Positions 39,977-49,727 of a stretch of DNA of 64,000 bases are shown piece by piece. Location of the stretch: contig CBDCWC010000002.1 in the NCBI GenBank assembly GCA_965223295.1, forward strand, positions 1,344,001-1,408,000. Reading direction: 5' to 3'. Source of the stretch: Nitrospirales bacterium. GTDB taxonomy: Bacteria > Nitrospirota > Nitrospiria > Nitrospirales > UBA8639. The first letter of the stretch is position 1. Each line of letters starts with the position of its first letter. Under the pieces are notes generated by a model. It was not told the DNA's origin. It saw nothing but the letters and a program-made list of their open reading frames with translations, and made no database searches. The position numbers were made by a program, and so were the translations under genes.

Positions 39977-41191
39977 CTACCGTGTACCTTTCGACTTCAA
40001 ATAGACACATATGTTATCCGCAAGCACACTGGCAGCCAGGTCATGGCCTTTCTCATTCCAATGTCCTGCTCCCATTCGCGTATTAGGAAATCCATGAAGA
40101 TAGACTTGACGTTCATCAACATAGTCCTGAAAGGCATATACAAGAGGCACGACAGGCACTCCTAATTTTTTACCTAACTTCATGAATCTTTGTTCGGGAT
40201 AGTCAAGGGCATCAACACCAAGCTTAACCTTCAACTCACGCCGCTGAACTGGATCAACCTGGCTAGGATTTGTCACCAACATCCAAAAGGACTGAGCTTG
40301 ATGATGCTTTACCTCCTGATTCAGCAAATCTAAGATCCCCTCCGTGATAGCCCACGCTTCATGATGAAGTGGTAGACGGGGGGGAGCATACACCCATTCA
40401 GACAAACCTGTTTCTAAAAAAGCAACCTCGTCATTTCTTTGTATGCGCCAGCTGTTTATGACTCGCATGGTTTGATTGATCAATTCAAGAGTACGAGAAT
40501 ACTGTACACCAAGCAGCAACGTTCGTTTTGTAAATGACGCGAACGTCAAATTTCTAAATGAGTTATCTAATTTCCATTGTTTCTCTTCATCAAGATAAAA
40601 ATATGGCCTTCGAATATCTGGACACCCTCCGCTTACACAGTTATTAATTTTGGGGAAATTATCAACTAAATCATTTCCATGAAAAATAGCAGTAAGGACC
40701 ATATCAGGATTGTAAGGCCAAACATGATGTTTCAATGTCAAAAGTTCATCAGTAGTAGAATACCCCCCTTGTCCGAAACTCAGCGTTTCAATTTTTTGAT
40801 AGGTCTTCGTATCACAGCTGCGCAAATACTCTTCTAATCGCTGGCCAAACATGTGCTCCAAAGAAACCTGCCGCGCTTCCATATATGAATCACCCAAGAT
40901 AGCAATACGATATGTTCCTTCTGGCTTTTCTAAAGCATGCTCAACATCTCGGAATCCTGCCGAATTAATTCGTACATAGGCCTCACCCTCAGAGCGAAAC
41001 CACCCTTCTTTTCCAGGAACAAGGGCTTTCCCTCGAATCGGATCGTATCTATGAAAAACAGGATATGAAACTCCCAAGACTCTTAAGCTGACTTCAGCGA
41101 AGGCAAATGAAAAAAAGCCACTCAGACACAGGGCTCCGATCATAAGGCTTCCCTTACTTGATAACCCTTTCTTCTTCATCAAATCTTTCAT
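39977..41191 (-). CDS. SGNH/GDSL hydrolase-fold protein (possible polysaccharide O-acyltransferase/esterase)
   Basis: N-terminal TM, INSAGFRD, RIAILGDSY, GND, GHWNEKGH. Confidence 0.85.
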   Translation of the reverse strand: MKDLMKKKGLSSKGSLMIGALCLSGFFSFAFAEVSLRVLGVSYPVFHRYDPIRGKALVPGKEGWFRSEGEAYVRINSAGFRDVEHALEKPEGTYRIAILGDSYMEARQVSLEHMFGQRLEEYLRSCDTKTYQKIETLSFGQGGYSTTDELLTLKHHVWPYNPDMVLTAIFHGNDLVDNFPKINNCVSGGCPDIRRPYFYLDEEKQWKLDNSFRNLTFASFTKRTLLLGVQYSRTLELINQTMRVINSWRIQRNDEVAFLETGLSEWVYAPPRLPLHHEAWAITEGILDLLNQEVKHHQAQSFWMLVTNPSQVDPVQRRELKVKLGVDALDYPEQRFMKLGKKLGVPVVPLVYAFQDYVDERQVYLHGFPNTRMGAGHWNEKGHDLAASVLADNICVYLKSKGTR

Positions 41192-41536
41192 CCTTTTATT
41201 GAAAATACAGAACTATCAATAAATACCTTTCTCATCTGAGACCATTTGACATAGAAATCGTGGTTGCACTAAAACTGAACAAGAGAAAAGTCGGATTTTC
41301 TGGGAATTGTGTTCAACGCTTGAATACGCTTTTACCAATTTTCGTGCGTTATTTTCGAAGACGGCCTCTAAGGCCAAGAGAGGACTGAGGCAAGTACCCG
41401 AAGAAAATACGAAGGCAAGGTATTATGATTGTTGTAACCTACTTATTGCTCCTTCCTGTCGATATCGGAACCTCACTACTCAGAAACTTGTAGGACTTAG
41501 ATTTATCAAATGTTGCTATTATCTAAATAACCAAAC

Positions 41537-43180
41537 TTATTCGGCCTTGACACCCGTCACTTTTTTCGGAGGTGCATCAAAGGCGCCTTTAGTAAGCAGC
41601 AGAACGGTGTCCCCTGAAAATGGTGAATGCAATGTACGAGATGCCCCACCATTTACCTGCCCACCATTCTTGCTAGCTCCGGAAGATGGGTTAAACCATA
41701 ACACGTCAAAAGTCGTCCCACCCGCACTGGATAAATTAATGGAGATAGATCCACCATTTTCGTCATAGACCAAATATTCAAGCCCCTCTTGTCCCGAAGC
41801 AATCTGCCGGGCCGAGCTCGAGACCAGATGATTCAACTGTTTGTATTGACGATACTTTGTTTTAGAATAGAAAAAGTCGAACATTCTCGCGACATCTGGT
41901 CCACCTGTTCCAGTCCCTCCGGTCCAAGGACTCCACTCAGAATATAATGGCATCACACCAGCCATTTGAATTCCCCAAGCTCCACGACGAACTTCTGTTC
42001 GGTTCCGGGGGTTTTCCCATTGCCCACCTGTCGTTTCCCAAATATCCTCGGAGCCGATGATGGGAAGATTATGAAACGACGAAGAAAGACTCCCTGCCGC
42101 TCCGCCATACTTTCGACCATTGCCCTCGAATACTGTCCGACTTTGTTTCTGTCTCATCGAAAAGTGTCCCCAAGATTTAAAACTTGTCCGCATCGCATCA
42201 TGAATCGTCAGGAGACGCGGGAAAGGATCCCAACTCTGCACCTGACTCATAATTTGATTAACTTGAGATTCAGACCAAACATCGGTCCATTCCCATACCG
42301 GGCTGAAGCCGAAAAAATTATAGTACGCCCCAAAACGGGCAATAAAATATCGAATAAAAACCTTAAAATCCGTAAAGCCATAGACTCCACCTGGATGGCC
42401 ATTGCCATGAAAGATCATACCTGCAAAGGTAATGGCGTAAATCTTCTTGCTTTCAAGAAAGTTCAAAACATTCTCGACGCCTTTCCAAGCACGGATATTA
42501 AATCTTTTGACATCTGTTTCATTGATCCAAAGTGTCTCTTCGTGAATCGGTCGGTAGGTGTGGACTCGGTCAGTGGGTAAATCCAGCATCGTAAAATTGT
42601 ATTTCTTGTTGACCATTTCATTTTGAATGATATATTTAAACCAATTTATATCCTGCGTATACGGGTTGTTATTCGGCGAATGGGTATCAACATGGTGAAG
42701 ATCATACCCTCGAAAATGAAAAGGGGCTCCGCGAGAATCTTTAAAATACCACGGGTTATCAGTTGCGACTCTTAACGGACCAGCCAGCCCTGTATCTACA
42801 ACATTGAAGCTCCCAGACCCTCCACCTGTCCCATCGGTCCAACTATACGTGTACTTCCAAGTACCCACTTTGTCCGGCATGAATCGTAGCTTCCACACGT
42901 TTCCATTCTGCCCACCACTCCCATTCCCATCATAAAATCCGAAAAAGTTGATCTTTGCCCCACTCGGAGAAGTGAACGTTGCTCTTAATTCAATAACATT
43001 GTAGTCGAACGGATTAGAATACGTTTTGGAGTTGGTCACTGTTCTTTCCCAGACATCATAGAGCCCTACTTGAGTCATCCCAAAGGCGGAGTTACTCATT
43101 ACTACGGTGACAGTAAGAAACAAAATCAAGCTTAATCCACATTGCCGATAAGATTTGTGCAGAATATTAGAAATTTTCAC
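41537..43180 (-). CDS. Secreted glycoside-hydrolase-like protein (DUF5060/DUF4038-type with C-terminal beta domain)
   Basis: Signal peptide (AFG), YSNPFD, GFYDG, WKLRFMPDKVGTWKY, YFIARFGAY, DPFPRLLTIH, WFNPSSG. Confidence 0.75.
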   Translation of the reverse strand: MKISNILHKSYRQCGLSLILFLTVTVVMSNSAFGMTQVGLYDVWERTVTNSKTYSNPFDYNVIELRATFTSPSGAKINFFGFYDGNGSGGQNGNVWKLRFMPDKVGTWKYTYSWTDGTGGGSGSFNVVDTGLAGPLRVATDNPWYFKDSRGAPFHFRGYDLHHVDTHSPNNNPYTQDINWFKYIIQNEMVNKKYNFTMLDLPTDRVHTYRPIHEETLWINETDVKRFNIRAWKGVENVLNFLESKKIYAITFAGMIFHGNGHPGGVYGFTDFKVFIRYFIARFGAYYNFFGFSPVWEWTDVWSESQVNQIMSQVQSWDPFPRLLTIHDAMRTSFKSWGHFSMRQKQSRTVFEGNGRKYGGAAGSLSSSFHNLPIIGSEDIWETTGGQWENPRNRTEVRRGAWGIQMAGVMPLYSEWSPWTGGTGTGGPDVARMFDFFYSKTKYRQYKQLNHLVSSSARQIASGQEGLEYLVYDENGGSISINLSSAGGTTFDVLWFNPSSGASKNGGQVNGGASRTLHSPFSGDTVLLLTKGAFDAPPKKVTGVKAE

Positions 43181-43284
43181 TGGAGTTCTCCATAGTTAGG
43201 ATTGTTTTTCGGGAAAAGGCTAACAATAGAAACTTGCTGATCTCGCAAATTAACTCAATAAACAGTTTTTCTCTTAGTCTTTTC

Positions 43285-43311
43285 TTTTCGGCAAACTGGA
43301 CAAATCCTTTA
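43285..43311 (-). promoter_or_regulatory. Sigma-28 (FliA)-like promoter
   Basis: Minus strand TAAA-N15-GCCGAAAA versus consensus TAAA-N15-GCCGATAA, about 105 bp upstream of the 43180 start. Confidence 0.6.
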
Positions 43312-43753
43312 GCCAAACCGGATTAACCAGCAAGATGAAGGGGAAAAAAGGAGAGGAGGAGATAAAACACTACGATTTTTTTAAATCCGAGGGCACATTT
43401 CATCTCTCATAAATCAAAGAAGAAATAATACCCAGCAAGTGAAGAAGCATTATGGGTTTTCATTTGATAAAAATGGGCATATTTTAAAATTTCTCGCTAA
43501 TACACAACTGGTCTGAAAATTTTAATTTATTGGGGTGCTTTAGATCTTTCTGTTCTGGAGGCATGCCTTTTTACCCGAGAGCACTGAAAATCCCAGGCCA
43601 ATTTTAACAGCAAAAACTGGGCACTGAAAACAGAGCTTCTGTTTCACACAAAACTATGCCGTGTGAGATGAAAGATATAGCCTTTCTTGAAACTACAATT
43701 CACTAATAGAAGATCTTTGATTCAGCTGTAATACTTAAAAATACTGACCTAAG

Positions 43754-43769
43754 ATTGACCTTAGTCAAT
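43754..43769. promoter_or_regulatory. Palindrome resembling a CRP/FNR-family box
   Basis: ATTGAC-CTTA-GTCAAT, perfect 6-bp arms with a 4-bp spacer, in an intergenic region. Confidence 0.4.
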
Positions 43770-43884
43770 AATTAATGACCATTTACCAATTCGAATCGAT
43801 GATCGAACCTTATTTCCGCATCGCTTCAAAACTCTCCATTCAGTTAATTTCAGGATCTGTACTCAACACCTGCGAATAAACTCA

Positions 43885-44871
43885 TTACCTGGTCTCGTCG
43901 TTTTCATTCTTTCGAGAGATTTTTATCTCATTACTTGTGGATATCGACCCAATACCCTCCTTCATGTATAAAATTGCACCAGGTAAAACAGATAGAACCA
44001 CAAGCATTCTTACGAGTAATGCCATCACCAGAATCACAACAACATCTGCTTCAGTGAGCGAAAAGAAATAAACAAAGGCTCCTTCCTGAACCCCAAGCCC
44101 GGCGATCGAAATAGGAATCATACTGACTAATGAGATCACCGGAACAAAAAGAACGTAATAGGGTAAGTCCAAGCTAATGCCCACCCCCAATCCTACAAGC
44201 CATGTAAAGCAGATACGAACAATTTGCACCAGAAAGGAGAGCACCAGAGCAATGGCCAAACGAATTTTTATGTTCTGATAATACTGCAAAGAATCACGAA
44301 TTTCTTTCAATCTTAACGCAAGATTGCTCTCAGGATTTATCAACCGTTCGAACCATGGAAAGAAGAAATACCCGACTATGCCGCAACACACACCAATGAC
44401 AAATAGCCCCAAGAAAACCCTCTCAATAATGACCACAGGAATAACTTGCAATTGCTCATAAAAAACCACAAACCCTACGACACACGTCAAAACAAGAGCC
44501 AGCAGCCCTAGTAATCTTTCTACAAGAACAGAGGAAAATGACGTGGTCACATGAAATCCAGATCTCATAAGGCCAAACCCCTTGAGAAACTCTCCTCCCA
44601 CACTAGAGGGGGCTATCAGTCCCAAAAATGAACTCTTAAAATAAATACTTAAAACTTGAGTGAAGCTAATGTCAGAATTTCGATCGTCTATGAGAATATG
44701 CCATCTGCAGGCATTGAGCACACGATCAATCATAACCAAAGCTCCAGCAAGGAATAGATACCTGCCAATCAACTGATCCCAACGGCTGGACTCAAGGAAG
44801 TCATCCCAAGGAATTAATGTGCATACAATCGCCGACACAAGAACGCTCACCAAGAGCCTAAGATAGAACAT
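43885..44871 (-). CDS. Lysylphosphatidylglycerol-synthase TM domain / flippase-like membrane protein
   Basis: RWHILI, PSSVGGE, SVLVERLLGL, IPISIAGLGVQE. Confidence 0.85.
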   Translation of the reverse strand: MFYLRLLVSVLVSAIVCTLIPWDDFLESSRWDQLIGRYLFLAGALVMIDRVLNACRWHILIDDRNSDISFTQVLSIYFKSSFLGLIAPSSVGGEFLKGFGLMRSGFHVTTSFSSVLVERLLGLLALVLTCVVGFVVFYEQLQVIPVVIIERVFLGLFVIGVCCGIVGYFFFPWFERLINPESNLALRLKEIRDSLQYYQNIKIRLAIALVLSFLVQIVRICFTWLVGLGVGISLDLPYYVLFVPVISLVSMIPISIAGLGVQEGAFVYFFSLTEADVVVILVMALLVRMLVVLSVLPGAILYMKEGIGSISTSNEIKISRKNENDETR

Positions 44872-45079
44872 AAAACTTATTCCTGCATTGAATTTTCTGT
44901 CGCTTCAATCATGCGTGAAAAATCGCTTCTTTCTATTCCCTGCTCTCTATTCATTTGTTTTTCACAAACGATTCCCGACGCAAACAACCGAGCTAACCAA
45001 AGCGTTCCCTTTATACTCAGTCTCTTTCTGTTTCTCAATTACTTACTTTTGCTCAACGATCTCTAACGTGAGGAAAATT

Positions 45080-46222
45080 CTATTGTGGTGAGGCGAGTAA
45101 TTCTCGATAAATCTTGGCAAGACGTTTTACAGAGTATGAAATATCATAGCGTTGACAGACTTCCCAACCCTTTTCACCCATACGGTTAACTAACAATGGA
45201 TTCTGAAGTAAGAAAGAAACTTTCTCAACCAATGTAGCCACGTTCTTAGGAGGAACCACGAAACCTGTTTCTCCTTCAACTATAACTTCCGGCATCATCC
45301 CTGTAGGAGTTCCGATCACTGGCTTACGCATATTCATTGCTTCAAATAAAGTCAAAGGCCCCCCCTCACCATGGATCGATGGAAGCACAACAATATCAGA
45401 GAACGCCAGCAATACAGGCACGTCTTCAGAGAAACCAGTAAAAATAACACGGTCTCCAAGCTTTAACTTTTGCGCTTCAGTCTGTAGTTTAGAAGAGTCA
45501 GGCCCATCACCAACAATGAGAAAGCGTGCTAGAGGGTATTGCTTCACAAGTTCGGCTGCGGCCCGAAGAAAATAGATTTGTCCCTTCATCTCCGCAAGAC
45601 GACCAACAGTGGACACAATGGTTTCTTTGCTTGAAATATCTAGTTCCCTACGTTTAGCCACAACCAGCTTTTCATCAGGAGGAGCAAATTCTGAAAGAGG
45701 AAGGCCATAAAAGAATGTCTCCATTATTGCTGGATTGACTTTTCTACACCGGGACATGAAATCTTCCACCGGCTTCGATATTGCAATGGCTTTAGTAGCC
45801 AAAGGAGACAAAATGGTATCCGCTATAGTTTGGTAGAACGGTTGATTTATAAGAACCGCATGCTCATGTACAATATTGGGTATCCCAGTTATCAAACTTG
45901 CAATACGTCCAAAATTTGCGGCTCCATACCCATGAAGATGCAGGATTTGAGGTTTAACTTCCCGGATTACTCTCAAGAGATGAGGAAGAGTCATAGGAGA
46001 AAATTTCCCTTTGTCTAAGTACAACACAGAAATACCTTCTCTTTCCAAAAACTTCCCTCCAGCTTGACGAGATCGAAGGCTACACACCACAAAATCAAAC
46101 TCCGATTTGTCAAAACGTGGAATCCACCATTTCAGAGCTTGGGTGATTCCGTGTATACTTGCACCAGAAATATCCAACTTATCAATAAGGTGTAGAACAC
46201 GTATGGGGTTGGGACTATTCAT
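45080..46222 (-). CDS. GT4 glycosyltransferase
   Basis: VGRLAEMKG, IVGDGP, EGGPLTLFEAM, ETGFVVPP. Confidence 0.9.
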   Translation of the reverse strand: MNSPNPIRVLHLIDKLDISGASIHGITQALKWWIPRFDKSEFDFVVCSLRSRQAGGKFLEREGISVLYLDKGKFSPMTLPHLLRVIREVKPQILHLHGYGAANFGRIASLITGIPNIVHEHAVLINQPFYQTIADTILSPLATKAIAISKPVEDFMSRCRKVNPAIMETFFYGLPLSEFAPPDEKLVVAKRRELDISSKETIVSTVGRLAEMKGQIYFLRAAAELVKQYPLARFLIVGDGPDSSKLQTEAQKLKLGDRVIFTGFSEDVPVLLAFSDIVVLPSIHGEGGPLTLFEAMNMRKPVIGTPTGMMPEVIVEGETGFVVPPKNVATLVEKVSFLLQNPLLVNRMGEKGWEVCQRYDISYSVKRLAKIYRELLASPQ

Positions 46223-46469
46223 GTATCAACTCCCTTATCGGGCATCAATTTTTATGGTAAGGACAGGATTTCCCAACGATACAATGACAACCAAAGTAGT
46301 TCGGGCTCGAAATTTTCAATTATTCCCAAACACATCTAGCTTGGCTGGCACAGTCAAAGTCCTTTGACAGAGATTAGAAATACTAATAGCTTACCTGATA
46401 AGACAATGAGAGCATTATTCCCTTCAACCCACTCCTGTACCACAAAGTAAAGAATCTATAAAAATTCTT

Positions 46470-47459
46470 CTATCGGAGGTGGCCATTTTCTTTGTACCAA
46501 ATTGCGGTGCGATGAATGCCTTCTTTTAGAGAAATTTTTGGCTGAAAGTTCAGTTCTCTCTTGGCCTTTGAAATATCGAACGCTCTATTCTTTTTGAAGA
46601 AATCTATGCGTCGCCGATACAACGGTGGCTCGATTCCAAACGGTTTACAGAGAGCTTCACAAGCAAAACCTGCTGCATACACAGGCCACATGGGAATCCG
46701 CCACCCTGGTCGGGGAACCCCTAATTCATCAGCAATCATGGTCACTAACTGATTGAGAGGCACATATTCTTCTCCAGCTAAAATATATGTTTGACCAATC
46801 GCTTGCTCTGACCTGCTGCTCAGAATGATTCCATTCACGAGATCATCGATATACGTAAAATGGTAGTTCACCGTACCTGGGCCGACCATAATAAATCGGC
46901 GTTTATGAATAGCTCGAAAAAGCTTCAAGAACCGCAGATCCCCAGGGCCATAAATTCCAGCTGGCCGAACAATCGTAACGGCTAGCTTTGCTTCATTCAT
47001 ATAACGCCGAGCAATTTCCTCTCCCTGCAACTTGGTCTCTTGGTAAATATCACCAGGACCAAACGGAGCTTCTTCATTGGCTGGTGACTTGGCAACATGC
47101 CCATGAACTCCTACTGTACTGCAGTGAACAAATCTGGAAACACCGCTTTCTATGGATGCCTTCAGCAAATGCTCAACGCACTCGGCATTCACCTTTCTAA
47201 AGACCTCTGGCCCAACGCCTTGCTGCCGAAATAACGCTGCAATATGAAAGACAACATCAACCTTGCCTACCGCTTCTTGAATACTGTGAGGATCACTGAG
47301 ATCACCCCAGACAAGGTCGACGTTGAGTCTCCTCAATTCTTCAACTTGACTCCCTTTTCGTACGAGAGTCCGAACATCATAACCCTGCTTGACGAGCTCC
47401 GCGCATAAATGACCGCCCGTAAAACCGGTTCCTCCGGTTACCAGAGCCTTCACTCGCAC
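46470..47459 (-). CDS. NAD-dependent epimerase/dehydratase (extended SDR)
   Basis: VTGGTGFTG, HCSTVGVHG, YQETK, RPAGIYGPGD. Confidence 0.9.
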   Translation of the reverse strand: MRVKALVTGGTGFTGGHLCAELVKQGYDVRTLVRKGSQVEELRRLNVDLVWGDLSDPHSIQEAVGKVDVVFHIAALFRQQGVGPEVFRKVNAECVEHLLKASIESGVSRFVHCSTVGVHGHVAKSPANEEAPFGPGDIYQETKLQGEEIARRYMNEAKLAVTIVRPAGIYGPGDLRFLKLFRAIHKRRFIMVGPGTVNYHFTYIDDLVNGIILSSRSEQAIGQTYILAGEEYVPLNQLVTMIADELGVPRPGWRIPMWPVYAAGFACEALCKPFGIEPPLYRRRIDFFKKNRAFDISKAKRELNFQPKISLKEGIHRTAIWYKENGHLR

Positions 47460-47496
47460 TTTACCTTCTGATACTTCAAATCAATGATATTCATCT

Positions 47497-48519
47497 TCAA
47501 GTCTGATTGGAGCCCTCAGGTAACTCCGCCCTCCAACTCTTTGGCATATTTTTCAGTATCTCAACTCCTTCAAAGGTCTTACCTCGCTTGGCCCCAACTT
47601 TTTTCGCCCATAAAGCCATTCGGCCAATACCGTCCTCTAAAGAAACGACAGGTGCACCGCCAAAAATATCGTGTAACTTCTTATGACTTGAAAAGGCATG
47701 CAAGACTTCGTTCCGTGCATCCAAGTAGGTGATCTCTTCCTTGCTACCCATAGCCTTAGCTACAATCGTTGCCAGTTCGTTGACGGTGTGGGGAGTTTCA
47801 GCTCCAATATTAAACACCGTATTCAGTGCACCCGAATTAAAAGGAGAGCTGGCAATAATCGGCGCAACATCCTGTATATACGAAAATGCACGACTTTGCT
47901 GCCCATCTCCAAATATGGTCATAGGTTGTCCTTGCATCAGTTGATTCATAAAAATTCCCACAACATTTCGGTACCGATCTCCGATATTTTGTCGTTCTCC
48001 ATAGACATTATGCGGGCGAAACACCACGTAATTGAGACCAAACATTTCATGACTGGCCCGCAAATCTTGCTCAACAGCTAACTTGGCAATGCCATAGGGA
48101 TCTTCAGGAACCGGGACCATCTCTTCAGTCATGGGCAATTGATTCTTTCCATACACCGCAATTGAGGAGGTAAAGACAAAACACTTCACTGAATGATTCA
48201 CAGATGCGTTAATCAGGTTGATACTTCCAATCACGTTATTCTCGTAATTGAATCTCTTAATGAAATGACTTAGACCCTCTGCTGCATAGGCAGCAAGATG
48301 ATACACATAGGAAAACTTATGTTCCGTGAAAAGCTTGTGTATGAGTTGAGTATCGACCACGCTCCCTTCAACGAACTCCGCTTTTTCAGGAACATTCTCG
48401 GGAAATCCTCCACTCAAATCGTCTAACACCACAACATCTAGCCCTCGAGCAATGACTTCATCAGCCACATGGGAGCCAATAAATCCTGCACCGCCAGTTA
48501 TGAGTACTTTCTCGTTCAT
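47497..48519 (-). CDS. NAD-dependent nucleotide-sugar epimerase/dehydratase
   Basis: ITGGAGFIGSH, HLAAYAAEGLS, TSSIAVYG, YGIAK, RPHNVYG. Confidence 0.9.
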   Translation of the reverse strand: MNEKVLITGGAGFIGSHVADEVIARGLDVVVLDDLSGGFPENVPEKAEFVEGSVVDTQLIHKLFTEHKFSYVYHLAAYAAEGLSHFIKRFNYENNVIGSINLINASVNHSVKCFVFTSSIAVYGKNQLPMTEEMVPVPEDPYGIAKLAVEQDLRASHEMFGLNYVVFRPHNVYGERQNIGDRYRNVVGIFMNQLMQGQPMTIFGDGQQSRAFSYIQDVAPIIASSPFNSGALNTVFNIGAETPHTVNELATIVAKAMGSKEEITYLDARNEVLHAFSSHKKLHDIFGGAPVVSLEDGIGRMALWAKKVGAKRGKTFEGVEILKNMPKSWRAELPEGSNQT

Positions 48520-48524
48520 CGTAG

Positions 48525-49727
48525 TTACCCTCCCTTGACAACCAAGTCCTGATCACCAACATACCGTTCATAGACCTCTTGCAACCGATGCCCTACCGCG
48601 TCCCATGAATACTCAGAAGACGCTTTCTGGTAACTATCCTCTCCAAGCTTCCGGGCACGCGCCGTATCGGTCAAGAGTTCTACAAGCCTCTGCGCAAAGG
48701 CATGTACCTCTCCATTCTCGGCATACACTCCCAAATCGCCTAATATCTCCCGATTCACCGAATTATCAAAGACAATGCTTGGAAGCCCCATGGCCATATA
48801 GGCAAACAACTTCAAATTTGCTTCCGAAGAAGAAGTCTTGGGCGATACCGCAACATCTCCCAAAGAAAGATATCGAGGCGCATCTGCGTAGGCAATTTTT
48901 CCCGTAAAAATCACGTGCTCTCCAAGTCCCATGGAAATAGCCTTTTCTCGATATGCCTGCTCAGGAAAACCAAGAATTAAAAATTTGGCCGTGTGGACTT
49001 TTTTTAAAACGATCGCCGCGGCCTCCAAGAGCAAATCAATCCCTTGATAGGATGCGAGTACGCCAATGAACACAGCGACTTTGTCTTTAACGCCGATGCC
49101 AAGCTCAGTTTTAAGCTCTAAGTCTTCCGACCGGCGGTAAAATACGTCCAGATCCACACCGTCACCAATGGTCGACACATCAGTCATTCCAAATTTTTCA
49201 GTGACCAGTTGTGTCAGACGTGAAGCACTTGTAATGAGATGACGCGGCATCTTGTTGACATTCTTTTCTATCCACTGAACAAGTCCAACAAGCCACGGCC
49301 AACGAGGAATAAACTCATGATCCAAAATTTCCTCTGTCAGACTTCCCTGCAAATCAGCCACCATTGGAATCCCGAACAACATGCTCGCAAGCTTCCCAAT
49401 GACAATCCCTTCGTGTAGATGAGCATGAATGATATGCGGGCGAAACGCCCCACAACTACGCAACACAATCCAGAGCAACAACACATCAATATAGAACTTG
49501 TGAATCGAAGGACCGGCAGACAACTTCTGATACCAAGGAATATTCATCGTTCGAACGGTATCGATCCCTTCGATGTCTCTTCCCAAATGATAAGTACAGA
49601 CTTGAACGGTCCATCCTTGGCTTTTCAAGGCCTTGATTTCACCAAGAATTCGAACATGGCATCCCCGATCTGCAAAAAATGGAGTCGGTGCGACTACAAG
49701 GATACGCTTGAGCGCTGGCTTGTGCAT
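48525..49727 (-). CDS. GT4 glycosyltransferase
   Basis: APTPFFADRGCHVRI, HAHLHEG, YQGIDLL, KLFAYMAMG. Confidence 0.88.
   Translation of the reverse strand: MHKPALKRILVVAPTPFFADRGCHVRILGEIKALKSQGWTVQVCTYHLGRDIEGIDTVRTMNIPWYQKLSAGPSIHKFYIDVLLLWIVLRSCGAFRPHIIHAHLHEGIVIGKLASMLFGIPMVADLQGSLTEEILDHEFIPRWPWLVGLVQWIEKNVNKMPRHLITSASRLTQLVTEKFGMTDVSTIGDGVDLDVFYRRSEDLELKTELGIGVKDKVAVFIGVLASYQGIDLLLEAAAIVLKKVHTAKFLILGFPEQAYREKAISMGLGEHVIFTGKIAYADAPRYLSLGDVAVSPKTSSSEANLKLFAYMAMGLPSIVFDNSVNREILGDLGVYAENGEVHAFAQRLVELLTDTARARKLGEDSYQKASSEYSWDAVGHRLQEVYERYVGDQDLVVKGG

Noticed and set aside
31322-43180. Apiose pathway idea (Uxs-family enzyme plus DUF4038 apiosidase-like protein)
   Set aside because: The decarboxylase has ordinary UXS motifs (YDEAKR, YWGNVNP) and the hydrolase substrate cannot be read from sequence.
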